Assembly: GCA_048270185.1 (NCBI GenBank)
Contig: JBLWTJ010000001.1
Location: forward strand, 1-64,000
DNA: 64,000 nucleotides
Direction of reading: 5' to 3'
Source of the DNA: Bacteriovoracaceae bacterium
Lineage (GTDB): Bacteria > Bdellovibrionota > Bacteriovoracia > Bacteriovoracales > Bacteriovoracaceae
In this document: positions 19,995 through 29,933 of the stretch, piece by piece
Layout: the number at the start of each line of letters is the position of its first letter
Position numbering within the stretch: position 1 is the stretch's first letter
Notes under the pieces: generated by a model
Seen by the model: the letters and a program-made list of their open reading frames with translations, nothing else
Told to the model about the DNA's origin: nothing
Databases searched by the model: none
Program-made: the position numbers and the translations under genes

Positions 19995-21083
19995 TCAAAT
20001 TAGGGGTAGAGGAATTTCTACTTCAATAAAATTATCATCGTATTCTTTGCAACCACGCCATACTCTAAGAATTTCTGACTTATAATTATAAAGTGCACCA
20101 CCACAAGTTTGTGAAGGATCTGCTGCTCCTTCTGGGGCGTAGTGTGAACAAATCGAGATAGGGTGTCCATCATGAGAAGTTAAGAATTGATAAATAGAAG
20201 ACTCATCATTTAATGTCTTCTCATATTTCTTTGCTAACTCATAACGTGGCGTTGTTGTTTTACTTATATTATTAACATCTTCCACTGCGATAATATTATC
20301 TGCTAGGCAGTGGTTGGTATGGTAGATTAAATTCTTTGTTTGTGGTTTTAAGACTTCCTTGGCCGTAGGTGTGATCTCATAGTTAAAAGCTTTGCTACCA
20401 TCACTAATTAAATAATTGTGACCAGATGTAATATTAGATTCCATAAGAAGCTTAATGATATCTTCTTGCTTTTGTTGAAGCGCCACTTTTCTAATCAGTG
20501 CTGGCCAAATAATGCCATTTTTTCCGTCGACGACATTAATATTATTAACACCAATAAATTGCCCGCTATTATTTATGGCCATAAGTCCTAGGCAGCCGCA
20601 TACAGTATAAATATAGGCCGTCTTACTTGAATCCTTTGGGTCTTTTACCTTAAGTAGCATTAAGTAATTCTTAGCACTTTGGTGCATATCCCACGTCTGA
20701 CCTGCAATACTTACGTCTTCATCGATATAAGAGAGGGAAGTACACCCTTCGTCTTGGACTTCTTTTTGAAATTGGATATCTCTAAAATCAGTGTAATTAT
20801 TTAGGATAATGATATCTGTTACTGAAGACTCACTACCCTGAGCTATTCCTTCTATTTCTCGAGCTAAGTCTAAGTCAAACTTCTTAGTCTCTGCAAATTG
20901 AAGCTTTGCAAACTCTTCTAATTTTTCCTTCAAATGAGGAGACCTCTTAAGGAGAAGATTAGTTCTTATTTGAATGAGCTCTTTGATGGATACTTTAAAT
21001 GTCTTGCCGTGAGCAAGCCCATTTTCAAAAGAGTCATCAGATTCATATTCAAAAATTGGAAGATTAATATCGGTCATTAACAT
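19995..21083 (-). CDS. C45-family Ntn-hydrolase/acyltransferase (isopenicillin N acyltransferase-like)
   Basis: EIEGIA.G, EG|CT autocleavage Cys, GQTWD, HTNH, SICSH. Confidence 0.88.
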   Translation of the reverse strand: MLMTDINLPIFEYESDDSFENGLAHGKTFKVSIKELIQIRTNLLLKRSPHLKEKLEEFAKLQFAETKKFDLDLAREIEGIAQGSESSVTDIIILNNYTDFRDIQFQKEVQDEGCTSLSYIDEDVSIAGQTWDMHQSAKNYLMLLKVKDPKDSSKTAYIYTVCGCLGLMAINNSGQFIGVNNINVVDGKNGIIWPALIRKVALQQKQEDIIKLLMESNITSGHNYLISDGSKAFNYEITPTAKEVLKPQTKNLIYHTNHCLADNIIAVEDVNNISKTTTPRYELAKKYEKTLNDESSIYQFLTSHDGHPISICSHYAPEGAADPSQTCGGALYNYKSEILRVWRGCKEYDDNFIEVEIPLPLI

Positions 21084-23923
21084 TTAAAGAACCAGCTTCC
21101 TGTATTGCCAAATCTTTTAGGAGCATCAATCTCCATTGAATAAGGTCTCTTTTCAAATTTTACATAGTCTTTTACTTGATTTGAACTCATATACTCTAGG
21201 GCCTGAGCAAGTCCATAAGAGTCACCATCCCAAGTCGAGATCATCATTAATGGCCTTGACTCATAGACTTCTTCTGAGAGCATACAAATACCAATTTGTC
21301 CTCCCATGTGGACATAAGTAGCATCTGGAGATAAACCTAATTCTTTAGATAGAAGTTTTCTATTCTTGTGGAAGTAAATTGACTCATTAAAGACAACTTT
21401 AGTTCCATGCTTGTGTGAGAGAGTGATAATTGAATTTAGTTCTTCTTTTGAGAATGATTCAAGACGTTTCCCAATATAGAGACATAAGATATCTTCACTC
21501 TTAAGTGCTTCCTCAAGCTCACTTAGATCAGAGATTCTTGTGTTTGGATAAAAATCTATCTTACCCGACAGAGTCGCTGACATAAAACTTTGCTTACCAA
21601 AGTAGTCACCATTAAAAGAGAGAACTTTTGTTCTTTGCTTTCCATTTTTTATGAGAATTGATTTATAAATCTTATCCACACACTCACTATGGCCACTTGC
21701 TGTAAATAAGTGGGCAAGTCCTGTTGGTGCTAGCTCTTTTAGCCCTTTAAGGTTTTCCATAAAACTTGTATCAATGAAGTTTGAAAGACAGATCTTATTA
21801 ACAAGTGTCTCCATATTATCAAAAGAAGGAGTATTTAATATAGGTGCCGTTGAAAGCTTTGGCGCCTCATTATTCCATTTTAGATTTTGACGATAAATAA
21901 TTACGTCTCTGTGCTCTTCATTATCAAGATAATTTTCTTTTAAAGTGAACTCTATAATCGCCCCTAGTGAACAATTAATTGTTAGCATTGCACCTGCATG
22001 TATATCTCGGTTACGACCATAAATATATTCAAAGCCACTTGTACTAGCTAGGAGAGTAAGAGCATATTTTAAGTATTTACCCATACCACGAGATTGCTCG
22101 TCTCCAATAATTGTTGTATCAAGCATGTAAAGAGTCTTGTCGTTATTAAAGTATTTTACAAGTCTTAGACCACTTTCTAGTGGGAAGTGCGAAATTTTAC
22201 CAGCAAACGAAATTCCAATTAATTGCTTTGTGTTTGAAAGCAGTCCGATGGCAATTGAATTCTTGCATTTGGCAATTTTTTCAAATTTATCAATACTTGT
22301 TTGTCTTGTCGGTTCGTATGTATGACGTTGGATTTCAGAAATCTGATGCTTGTAATAATCGAAGTTCTCTTCATCAATAACAATGAGTTCTTGTTCACAT
22401 TCGTCTTTAAAGAATTTTGCAGCAAAATCGAAAGAGCTTTTAAAGTCAGATTGACCTTGGAAGGCCTGGACTAATTTCTCATGCCATAGATATTCTTTTG
22501 GTGCCGTTACTTGAGTTTTTGGAGAAAACTTAAGCTTAGAAGTTTTGTCCAGATATACGCGATTTGCAATTTCATCAATAGCATCAAAGAGATAGTCGAT
22601 ATCTTCTTTTGACCAAGCAGTATTAAGTCTGAAGCGAAGAGTGTTGTCTCCTGCTTGATAGTAGAGGAGTCCCAGGTCAAAGCGGTGCTTAATAAAACCT
22701 GGAATATCATTGGCATCTGAAAGGTCAAAAGCAAACGCCACTCCAAAGCAACGAGGAGAAGATAATTGCTCCCATTTAGAAATTAAAACTTCAAGCTTTT
22801 GCTTTGTATAGTCTTCAATGTCTTTAATTCGATAGCGTTGTTGATCAATACTAATTGCCTGATAGTAGCCACGAATAACTGATGTTGTTTGAAATTCATT
22901 GTTTTCCCAAAGAGGATCTTGCGTTAGAACAATCCCTGATTGGGCCTTCTTTGCACAAGTTACATAGTCTGGATAGACGATACTTCCTGTGCTGTCTTTT
23001 AAATCGAATGTTCTATGCCAGAAGAAGTCGCGACCAAGGTTAAATCCTGTTTGTACTTCGTCGTATATAATGGCCACGCCATAAGACTTAGTTAAAAGAG
23101 TTAGGGCCGTGTGGAAACGATTTGTCGAGTAACGATCTCCACCTTCACATTGCATCGGCTCAATTAAAAGTGCAAAGTGTTCATCTTTCTTAAGTTCTTC
23201 GTTAAGTTGTTTTAATGAGGCGATCTCAGTTGCAAGTAATTGATCTGCACCTTTTTCAAATTGAGCAAGCTTTGAATCAAAGTCATTTGCAAATGGATTT
23301 TCCCATAGCTTTCTCCAGTCGTTTGAAATATCAAGTGTGAAGTTATCATCTTTTGATTCTGGATATTTTATAAAAGTCGTCTCATGCCCCGGAATTTGAT
23401 ACGGTTCTCTTTTAGATGGATTCCAAGTCGAAAAGAGTGTTGATAGAAAACGTCCGTGGAAGCTTCCTTCAAAAGCAATAATCTTCTTTGCTCCTACAAT
23501 GGCCGACTTCTTATAGGCCATAATAAGTGCTGTTTCATTGGCCTCTGCACCAGAATTGACAAAGACTGGAGTATAATTTGGATTAGAAGTTTTCTCTCTT
23601 AATAAATTTGTAAAAGACTCAGCAATCTCAACAAAAGTTGAATCTTGGTAATTACCAGTCCATGCACTTTGGTGCATTGTTGTTCCAAAGAGTGCTGTAG
23701 CATTAAATCCAAGTCCTAGGGTTGCAATTTGTGAAGCAGCATCAAGAAGATATTCTGACTTATTCTTATCCGCTGTCTCCATTGCAAGGTATGCGCCTTG
23801 GGAATTGCGATGTTGTGGAATATATTCCTTCTTTTCTGCTGGAGTAAAATTATCTTGATACATTTGTGCAAGCTTGTTCTTTGCGTGCTCATGGCTGTTT
23901 GAACCTATTAATTCGATTGTCAT
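21077..23923 (-). CDS. Fusion: class III aminotransferase (lysine 6-aminotransferase-like) + GNAT + degenerate aminotransferase domain
   Basis: NSGAEANE, FEGSFHGR, EPMQCEGGD, DEVQTG, TCAKKAQ; central QSRGMGK acetyl-CoA motif; C-terminal copy (SGHSECVDK, SFNGDYFG, NES, STWDGD) lacks the PLP lysine. Confidence 0.85.
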   Translation of the reverse strand: MTIELIGSNSHEHAKNKLAQMYQDNFTPAEKKEYIPQHRNSQGAYLAMETADKNKSEYLLDAASQIATLGLGFNATALFGTTMHQSAWTGNYQDSTFVEIAESFTNLLREKTSNPNYTPVFVNSGAEANETALIMAYKKSAIVGAKKIIAFEGSFHGRFLSTLFSTWNPSKREPYQIPGHETTFIKYPESKDDNFTLDISNDWRKLWENPFANDFDSKLAQFEKGADQLLATEIASLKQLNEELKKDEHFALLIEPMQCEGGDRYSTNRFHTALTLLTKSYGVAIIYDEVQTGFNLGRDFFWHRTFDLKDSTGSIVYPDYVTCAKKAQSGIVLTQDPLWENNEFQTTSVIRGYYQAISIDQQRYRIKDIEDYTKQKLEVLISKWEQLSSPRCFGVAFAFDLSDANDIPGFIKHRFDLGLLYYQAGDNTLRFRLNTAWSKEDIDYLFDAIDEIANRVYLDKTSKLKFSPKTQVTAPKEYLWHEKLVQAFQGQSDFKSSFDFAAKFFKDECEQELIVIDEENFDYYKHQISEIQRHTYEPTRQTSIDKFEKIAKCKNSIAIGLLSNTKQLIGISFAGKISHFPLESGLRLVKYFNNDKTLYMLDTTIIGDEQSRGMGKYLKYALTLLASTSGFEYIYGRNRDIHAGAMLTINCSLGAIIEFTLKENYLDNEEHRDVIIYRQNLKWNNEAPKLSTAPILNTPSFDNMETLVNKICLSNFIDTSFMENLKGLKELAPTGLAHLFTASGHSECVDKIYKSILIKNGKQRTKVLSFNGDYFGKQSFMSATLSGKIDFYPNTRISDLSELEEALKSEDILCLYIGKRLESFSKEELNSIITLSHKHGTKVVFNESIYFHKNRKLLSKELGLSPDATYVHMGGQIGICMLSEEVYESRPLMMISTWDGDSYGLAQALEYMSSNQVKDYVKFEKRPYSMEIDAPKRFGNTGSWFFKC

Positions 23924-23946
23924 ATTTTGTCCCTAGATGTGTGCTT

Positions 23947-24939
23947 TTATTTTCTTATGTCTCGAGAGATCTTCTCTTCTAAAAAATCACAAAACTTTAG
24001 TCCAGTATTTTCTAGCATCTTCGGAAACATCGAAATACTAGTCATGCCTGGAAAAGTATTAATTTCATTTAAGTAAACTTCGCCATCAGCTAAGAAGAAG
24101 TCTACTCGTGATAAGTGTCTAAGTTTTAAGTTTTTAAAAACGGTCTTTGCAATAATTTGCATTTGATTAATTTGATTGATTGTTAAATCAGGTGCTTCTA
24201 CAAAGGTCTTGGCCTTTGAATCATTACTATATTTCTGATTGTAGTCGTAGAATAAATCTTCTTCATTAACGATTTCACCAGGAACAGTAGCATGGAGGTT
24301 GTCTCCTTGCTCAAAGACGGCTATCTCAAGTTCACGTCCTTTAAGTGTCTTTTCAATTAAAACGTCATCGCTATATTCAAATGCCTTATTAATCGAATCA
24401 ATTAGATCGCTCTTATCTGTGACATGATAGCAGCCAACCGATGAGCCTTGGCTTGCGGCCTTGATGAAAATATCTTCATTAGATATTTCAAAGAAGTCGA
24501 CTATTTCTTGGCGTTCATAAGGCAGGTTCTTATGTACAGACATCCAAGGAGCAGTTGGTATTCTTAGGTGATCAAACCAAAGCTTTGTTGTCACCTTATT
24601 AAAGCAAATACTACTTCCTTCGTGAGCTGGCCCTAAGTAGGGCAGTTTGTGAAATTCAAGAAATGGTTGAATCTCGCCACTTTCTCCTGGAGGTCCATGG
24701 ATAACTGGAATCACATAACTTATATATGGACGCTGTGTTGCAGTCTCTAGAATTTGTCCATTAAGACTTACTTTGTGGCCATCAAGAGTCAATTGGCCTG
24801 ACTCATTTAGAACCACAAGGATTGGATTGTATGACTTTGTGAGTGCGACTTGCTCCTTTATGTATTGAGCTGAGCGAATCGAAACTTCGTGTTCGCTTGA
24901 GCCTCCACCACAAATAATTAAGATATTTTTCCTTTCCAT
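23947..24939 (-). CDS. ddl: D-alanine--D-alanine ligase
   Basis: GGGSSEHEVS, HGPPGE, QGSSVG, RVDFF, NEINTFPG. Confidence 0.95.
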   Translation of the reverse strand: MERKNILIICGGGSSEHEVSIRSAQYIKEQVALTKSYNPILVVLNESGQLTLDGHKVSLNGQILETATQRPYISYVIPVIHGPPGESGEIQPFLEFHKLPYLGPAHEGSSICFNKVTTKLWFDHLRIPTAPWMSVHKNLPYERQEIVDFFEISNEDIFIKAASQGSSVGCYHVTDKSDLIDSINKAFEYSDDVLIEKTLKGRELEIAVFEQGDNLHATVPGEIVNEEDLFYDYNQKYSNDSKAKTFVEAPDLTINQINQMQIIAKTVFKNLKLRHLSRVDFFLADGEVYLNEINTFPGMTSISMFPKMLENTGLKFCDFLEEKISRDIRK

Positions 24940-24975
24940 GGAAACCTTCTCTCTAAAATGGAAACTCCCTAAGGC

Positions 24976-26718
24976 TTATGCCTTAGGGTATTTTAAATCG
25001 TCTAATGCTTTAAGTTTCTCAAGCATTTCTGCGTTCGTCCAATTAAATGAACCTTTGGATCCATGCTTACGAACTGCAACCGCATTGTTTTCAATTTCGC
25101 GATCACCCACAACAAACATAAAAGGAATTTTAGACTTTTGAATTTGACGAGTCTTATATCCCATCGTTTCATTTCGATCATCAACGCTTACACGGTAACC
25201 TTGTGCAAATAATTGATCTTTGAGTTTGTGGGCCGCTTCACCATGAGCATCATTATTTACTGGAACGATGACAATTTGCTCTGGAGCTAGCCAAAAAGGG
25301 AAGACACCGGCAACGTGTTCTGTATATACTCCAAAGAATCTCTCAAGAGATCCAAGCAGGGCACGGTGAACAACTACTGGTCTTTCTTCACCACCATCTG
25401 CCGTCGTAAACTTTAGATCAAAACGATCCGGAAGTTGGAAGTCTAGCTGGATTGTTCCTAGTTGCCACTTACGTCCGATAGCATCTGCTACTTCAATATC
25501 AATTTTTGGTCCGTAGAATGCACCGTCGCCTTCTTTGATGACATAGTCGTGACCTGAAGCCTTTAATGCTTCTTCAAGTGCATTCTCAGCAATATCCCAA
25601 GTCTTATCATCTCCGGCCTTCTTTTCAGGACGAGTCGATAGGTTAACAGTGATATTATCAAAACCAAAGAGCTCGTAAGCAGTGAAGATCATCTTCATTG
25701 TTCTTTGAATCTCTTCTTGTACTTGATCAAGAGCTAGGAAGATGTGAGCGTCATCTTGGCAGAAAGAGCGAACACGCGTAAGACCTGCAAGGGCCCCTGC
25801 TTTTTCATTTCTGTGGAGTCGGCCAAAGTCTGCATAGCGAAGAGGTAGGTCACGGTAGCTGTACTTATAATGCTTAAACATTAGCATGTGACATGGGCAG
25901 TTCATTGGTTTTACTGCATACTCTCTGTCGTCTATCTTTGAGAAGAACATATCTTCTTTATAGTGTTCGTAGTGACCAGAAGTGTGCCAAAGAGAGCTAT
26001 CAAGAATTTGAGGAGTAATTACTTCATCATATTCATAAATGCGGTAAAGTCTTCTGATATAATTAACTAGTTCATTAATAACAATTGTCCCCTTAGGCAT
26101 AAAGAATGGTGCCCCTGGAGCAACTGGCTCAAAGTGGAAGAGCTCAAGCTCTTTACCTAACTTTCTATGGTCACGCTTCTTTGCTTCTTCAAGCATCATT
26201 AAATGCTGCTTAAGCTCTTTCTTATCCATGAATGAAGCAGCATAGATTCTTTGCATAACTTCACGTTTCTCATCGCCACGCCAGTATGCTCCAGCAATAC
26301 TAAGTAGCTTAAAGCCTTGTGGTAGATCTGAAGTATTTTCAACGTGAGGCCCACGACAAAGGTCAATGAATTCTCCTTGAGAATAGCAACTAACGGCCTC
26401 GTCTTCAGGGATTGCTTCAATTAGTTCAACTTTTAGATCTTGTCCTTGTGATTTGAAGAATTCCACAGCTTCTGGTCTTGAGAGAACTTTTCTATCAATT
26501 GGCAGCTTTTCTTTAATAATGGCCTTCATCATCTCTTCAATTTTTGGAAGATCATCCTCGCCCAGGGTTCGATCCATCAGAATATCGTAGTAGAATCCAT
26601 TTTCAATTACTGGTCCAACACCAAATTGGACGTTTGAATCTGGGTAAAGTCTTGAAATTGCTTGCGCCATAAGGTGGGCGCTCGAGTGTCTGATTGTGTC
26701 TAAATCGTACTTAGGCAT
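24976..26718 (-). CDS. thrS: Threonine--tRNA ligase (short form lacking TGS domain)
   Basis: RHSSAH, DLCRGPH, RDHRKLG, KPMNCP, GAFYGPK; GGAG RBS before ATG 26718. Confidence 0.97.
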   Translation of the reverse strand: MPKYDLDTIRHSSAHLMAQAISRLYPDSNVQFGVGPVIENGFYYDILMDRTLGEDDLPKIEEMMKAIIKEKLPIDRKVLSRPEAVEFFKSQGQDLKVELIEAIPEDEAVSCYSQGEFIDLCRGPHVENTSDLPQGFKLLSIAGAYWRGDEKREVMQRIYAASFMDKKELKQHLMMLEEAKKRDHRKLGKELELFHFEPVAPGAPFFMPKGTIVINELVNYIRRLYRIYEYDEVITPQILDSSLWHTSGHYEHYKEDMFFSKIDDREYAVKPMNCPCHMLMFKHYKYSYRDLPLRYADFGRLHRNEKAGALAGLTRVRSFCQDDAHIFLALDQVQEEIQRTMKMIFTAYELFGFDNITVNLSTRPEKKAGDDKTWDIAENALEEALKASGHDYVIKEGDGAFYGPKIDIEVADAIGRKWQLGTIQLDFQLPDRFDLKFTTADGGEERPVVVHRALLGSLERFFGVYTEHVAGVFPFWLAPEQIVIVPVNNDAHGEAAHKLKDQLFAQGYRVSVDDRNETMGYKTRQIQKSKIPFMFVVGDREIENNAVAVRKHGSKGSFNWTNAEMLEKLKALDDLKYPKA

Positions 26719-26928
26719 GTAATCTCCGTAAATTGGGCGTAAAATCTTCACTTTTCTTTATGTGAAGGCCCATAATATCAAATAATTAAAGGGTTCATCA
26801 ATCTTTTGAGTGTAAATATTTTAATCCAGTTAAACGGTTTTTGACTTGTAGCGTGATGACATGTTATGAACATGTTGTGGTAAGATTCCACAAAATTCTC
26901 ACAGCGCAAATTTCAATAGGGAGTTGAT

Positions 26929-28215
26929 ATGCAGATGACCGGTGGACACGTATCTGATTCAAAAAATGAACAACAGACTTTCAAGTCAGAAGTCCTTGGA
27001 TTTGTAGGCTCAGGAGAGGGATTAATTCCATCTCAAGAAAGTCTAACGAAACTAGAAGTTGGTAAAGCTTATTATCAATTAGGTAAGCTTCATTATGACA
27101 AGGCTGATCTTAATAAGGCCGAAGTTAACTTCCTTAAAGCGATTGATTGTGCTGAACGTCCACAAGACAACTTTCGTGTTTTAAAAATTCTTAGTTTCCT
27201 TATTCGTATTGCTGCTGAGAAACTTGAAGACGATAAAGCATCTCAATATATTGAGCAGAGTGAAGATATAATTAATGATCTTCAGATGAATCTTGGTAGC
27301 CTTTCTGCTGAGTATTTCTACTATGCTGGTTTAATTAAATCTTATCACAATGATTTTGAGGGAGCATATCGTGACCTTGAATTATCTTATAATCGCTCCA
27401 AAGAAGAGAACGATCCGGACCTGCATTCAAAGTGCTTACTAGCTCTTGCTAATAATGCATTTAATAGAGGTGAACTTGATCTTTCTCTCGAGTTTATGGG
27501 GCAACTTGATAATCTACTAAAGATTATCAATAAGGAATACCTTGGTGGATCAATGCATATGACATATGGAAAGATCCTAATGGCAAAGGGTGATATTGAA
27601 GCTTCTCTTAAGCATTTTCAACTCGCAAACACGACTCTTCAGAATAAGAAGTGTTGGAACCTTTACGGATATATTCTTTTAGGTATTGGACAAGTTGAAA
27701 AGGTGAGAGGGGATTACGATAAAGCAACTCTTTATTATAATCTTGCTAAACAAGCAGTTGATTCGACAACATTTAAGCGTCTGACAAATGTACTTGATGC
27801 TGAAATTCACGAAGTAAATGATTCAAGTGTTGATATATACCTGGATCGAAATAATAGAAAAGTAAAAGAAAAGAATATCGGTGTTATCGACTTTAAGCAC
27901 CGTTTCGTACTTCTTGAGATCTTGTTCCTTCTAGCGAAGAATCGTGGTTCTTTCTATGATAAAGAAGATCTTGCTCGTGATATCTGGAAAGATGAATATA
28001 ACCCACTAATTCACGATAAATTAATTTATACTTCAATCTCTCGTCTTAGAAAGCTTATCGAGCCAAAAGACAATAGTGATACAAAGAGAAAGTATATCAT
28101 TCGTGGTAAAGATGGTTATACATTCAACCCAGATGTTAAGATTCGTTACCAAATGGAAACGAAACTTACAGCAGGTAAGGCCGTTGCCAACGTAGATATC
28201 TCATCACCTGTATAG
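26929..28215 (+). CDS. TPR-repeat protein with C-terminal OmpR-type winged-helix DNA-binding domain
   Basis: Repeated (L)G..Y...G....A...Y helices; KEDLARDIW, ISRLRKLIE, GYTF wHTH motifs. Confidence 0.8.
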   Translation: MQMTGGHVSDSKNEQQTFKSEVLGFVGSGEGLIPSQESLTKLEVGKAYYQLGKLHYDKADLNKAEVNFLKAIDCAERPQDNFRVLKILSFLIRIAAEKLEDDKASQYIEQSEDIINDLQMNLGSLSAEYFYYAGLIKSYHNDFEGAYRDLELSYNRSKEENDPDLHSKCLLALANNAFNRGELDLSLEFMGQLDNLLKIINKEYLGGSMHMTYGKILMAKGDIEASLKHFQLANTTLQNKKCWNLYGYILLGIGQVEKVRGDYDKATLYYNLAKQAVDSTTFKRLTNVLDAEIHEVNDSSVDIYLDRNNRKVKEKNIGVIDFKHRFVLLEILFLLAKNRGSFYDKEDLARDIWKDEYNPLIHDKLIYTSISRLRKLIEPKDNSDTKRKYIIRGKDGYTFNPDVKIRYQMETKLTAGKAVANVDISSPV

Positions 28216-28263
28216 GTTAATGTTTAGTTGCAAAAAATTGTTTTTGCTTTAAACTAAATCTTC

Positions 28264-28752
28264 ATGCAACGTGTATTACTTATAACTTTAATTTTTACGC
28301 TAAATACATGGGCCCTAAAAGATAGGGCCCTTTTTTCTATTAATGGTGAAATTCTTTTCACAAACGACGTCAATTTCATTTTAAAGTCCTATGACTATTC
28401 TCGCTGCCTAATTGGAAAGAATAATTTTATAAGCCTAGTGACGGGAATCGGCTCCAAAGTTGAATATGTTGAAGCAACGCCAGTTCCTCTTGATGCAGAC
28501 CAAAGATTAATCGTTTTAAAGGCTTTAGAGCTTAATAAAGTAATGGCCATCGAAAATGAATTTTTGGAGACTCCAAAACTTGGTAAGTGCAAAGTTCCAA
28601 AACAGTATTTATCTAAAGTTTATCAAATCTATAATGCAAACCGTGAACTAATAAAAAGACATGAGAGTTATAAATCAGAAAATAATGATGTATCGATGCA
28701 AAGTTATAAGTCTCTCATCTTTAAACCTATTCAAACTCGCTTATTCTTATAG
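28264..28752 (+). CDS. Hypothetical secreted protein, N-terminus resembles SurA_N start
   Basis: Signal peptide then DRALFSINGEILFTNDV. Confidence 0.55.
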   Translation: MQRVLLITLIFTLNTWALKDRALFSINGEILFTNDVNFILKSYDYSRCLIGKNNFISLVTGIGSKVEYVEATPVPLDADQRLIVLKALELNKVMAIENEFLETPKLGKCKVPKQYLSKVYQIYNANRELIKRHESYKSENNDVSMQSYKSLIFKPIQTRLFL

Positions 28753-28760
28753 GGCATTTA

Positions 28761-29246
28761 ATGTTAAACTCATCAACACAATTACTTTCTAAATTGAATG
28801 AAGATGAAATAACTGCACTTGCTATTTTTGAAAGACAAATATTTGATTGGCCTTGGACTCTTGATACTTGGTACTCAATGGCCAACTCAAGTCGACAAAT
28901 CTTTGTTGGCCAACTAAAAGAGGGTGATCGTATTGTAGGCTCTAGTGTCTATGAATTAACTTCCCCAGACTTTTGCCATCTTTATAAAATAGTTGTGGAC
29001 CCTTCTCAAAGAAGAAAAGGTTATGGATATAATTTGTTTAAAGACATGACGCAACAGGCTGCAGATACTCTTGGTTCAATATATGATATTTATCTTGAAG
29101 TTGAAGAAACAAATCGTGGTGCCATCGCTCTCTATACAGCATTAGGACTTAAAGAGACTTTTAGAAAGCCAAAGTTTTATCAGAATGGCAGGACTGCAGT
29201 AATTATGCAGTGCGACTCGAAAAGTATTACTTATGACAAACCTTGA
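28761..29246 (+). CDS. RimI-like GNAT N-acetyltransferase
   Basis: FDWPW, QRRKGYG, LEVEETNRGAIALY. Confidence 0.85.
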   Translation: MLNSSTQLLSKLNEDEITALAIFERQIFDWPWTLDTWYSMANSSRQIFVGQLKEGDRIVGSSVYELTSPDFCHLYKIVVDPSQRRKGYGYNLFKDMTQQAADTLGSIYDIYLEVEETNRGAIALYTALGLKETFRKPKFYQNGRTAVIMQCDSKSITYDKP

Positions 29247-29270
29247 CAAGATTTCAAAATCTTTGATAAT
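29243..29270 (+). promoter_or_regulatory. sigma70-type promoter of rimP-nusA-infB operon
   Basis: TTGACA-N16-GATAAT; spacer holds imperfect palindrome AAGATTT/AAATCTT. Confidence 0.55.
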
Positions 29271-29354
29271 TAATAGGTACTTAGATTTATTCTCTTTATA
29301 GCGAGTGAATTTGGGTAAATAACGATTAGTTAAATTTTTAACGAATATATAATC

Positions 29355-29385
29355 GGGTAGACTTTTAGGGCTACCCTTTTTTTTT
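29355..29385 (+). terminator. Leader terminator/attenuator upstream of rimP
   Basis: GGGTAG-N10-CTACCC plus T9, between promoter and rimP start. Confidence 0.7.
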
Positions 29386-29399
29386 ATTAATGGGCTTAT

Positions 29400-29918
29400 T
29401 TGATGGATTTAAACGTCACTTATACAGGTATTGAAGAAAAGTTTTACGAGCTTTCTAAAGAGGTTGTTTCTGAAGCAGGCTACCTTCTTTATGATATGGA
29501 ATATATCAAAGGTTCAAAAACTCTACGTGTCTATATCATGGATAAAGAAACAAAGAGTGCTCTTATCGAAGACTGTGTAAACGTTGATAGAGGCTTTAGC
29601 GAGCCTATGGAAGCTGCCGAGTGGATACCAGATGATATTGTTTTAGAGGTATCTTCACCAGGGATGTTTAGAAAAATAAAAACAACTGAGCACTTAGAGT
29701 TAAGTCTAGGCGAAAGAATTCTTATTCAATTAAATAAAAAATTTGGTGATCTTTTTCCAAATGAAAAATTTGATAAGAAAACAGCAAGCTCTAAAAAAGT
29801 ACTATGTGTATTAAATAGTTATGGAGACGACTACGTCGAAGTAACAATAGATAATGATTTTGATTTAAAATTAAATTTAAATGATATTAATAAGATCGCA
29901 CTTGAACCAGAAGTGTAA
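29400..29918 (+). CDS. rimP: Ribosome maturation factor RimP
   Basis: LRVYI, IEDC, LEVSSPG; precedes nusA. Confidence 0.9.
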   Translation: MMDLNVTYTGIEEKFYELSKEVVSEAGYLLYDMEYIKGSKTLRVYIMDKETKSALIEDCVNVDRGFSEPMEAAEWIPDDIVLEVSSPGMFRKIKTTEHLELSLGERILIQLNKKFGDLFPNEKFDKKTASSKKVLCVLNSYGDDYVEVTIDNDFDLKLNLNDINKIALEPEV

Positions 29919-29933
29919 TTATTGAGGTGAAAA

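Noticed and set aside
19995..23923. Beta-lactam biosynthesis cluster (lat-like plus IAT-like genes)
   Set aside because: No ACV synthetase, IPNS or NRPS; both families are widespread outside beta-lactam pathways
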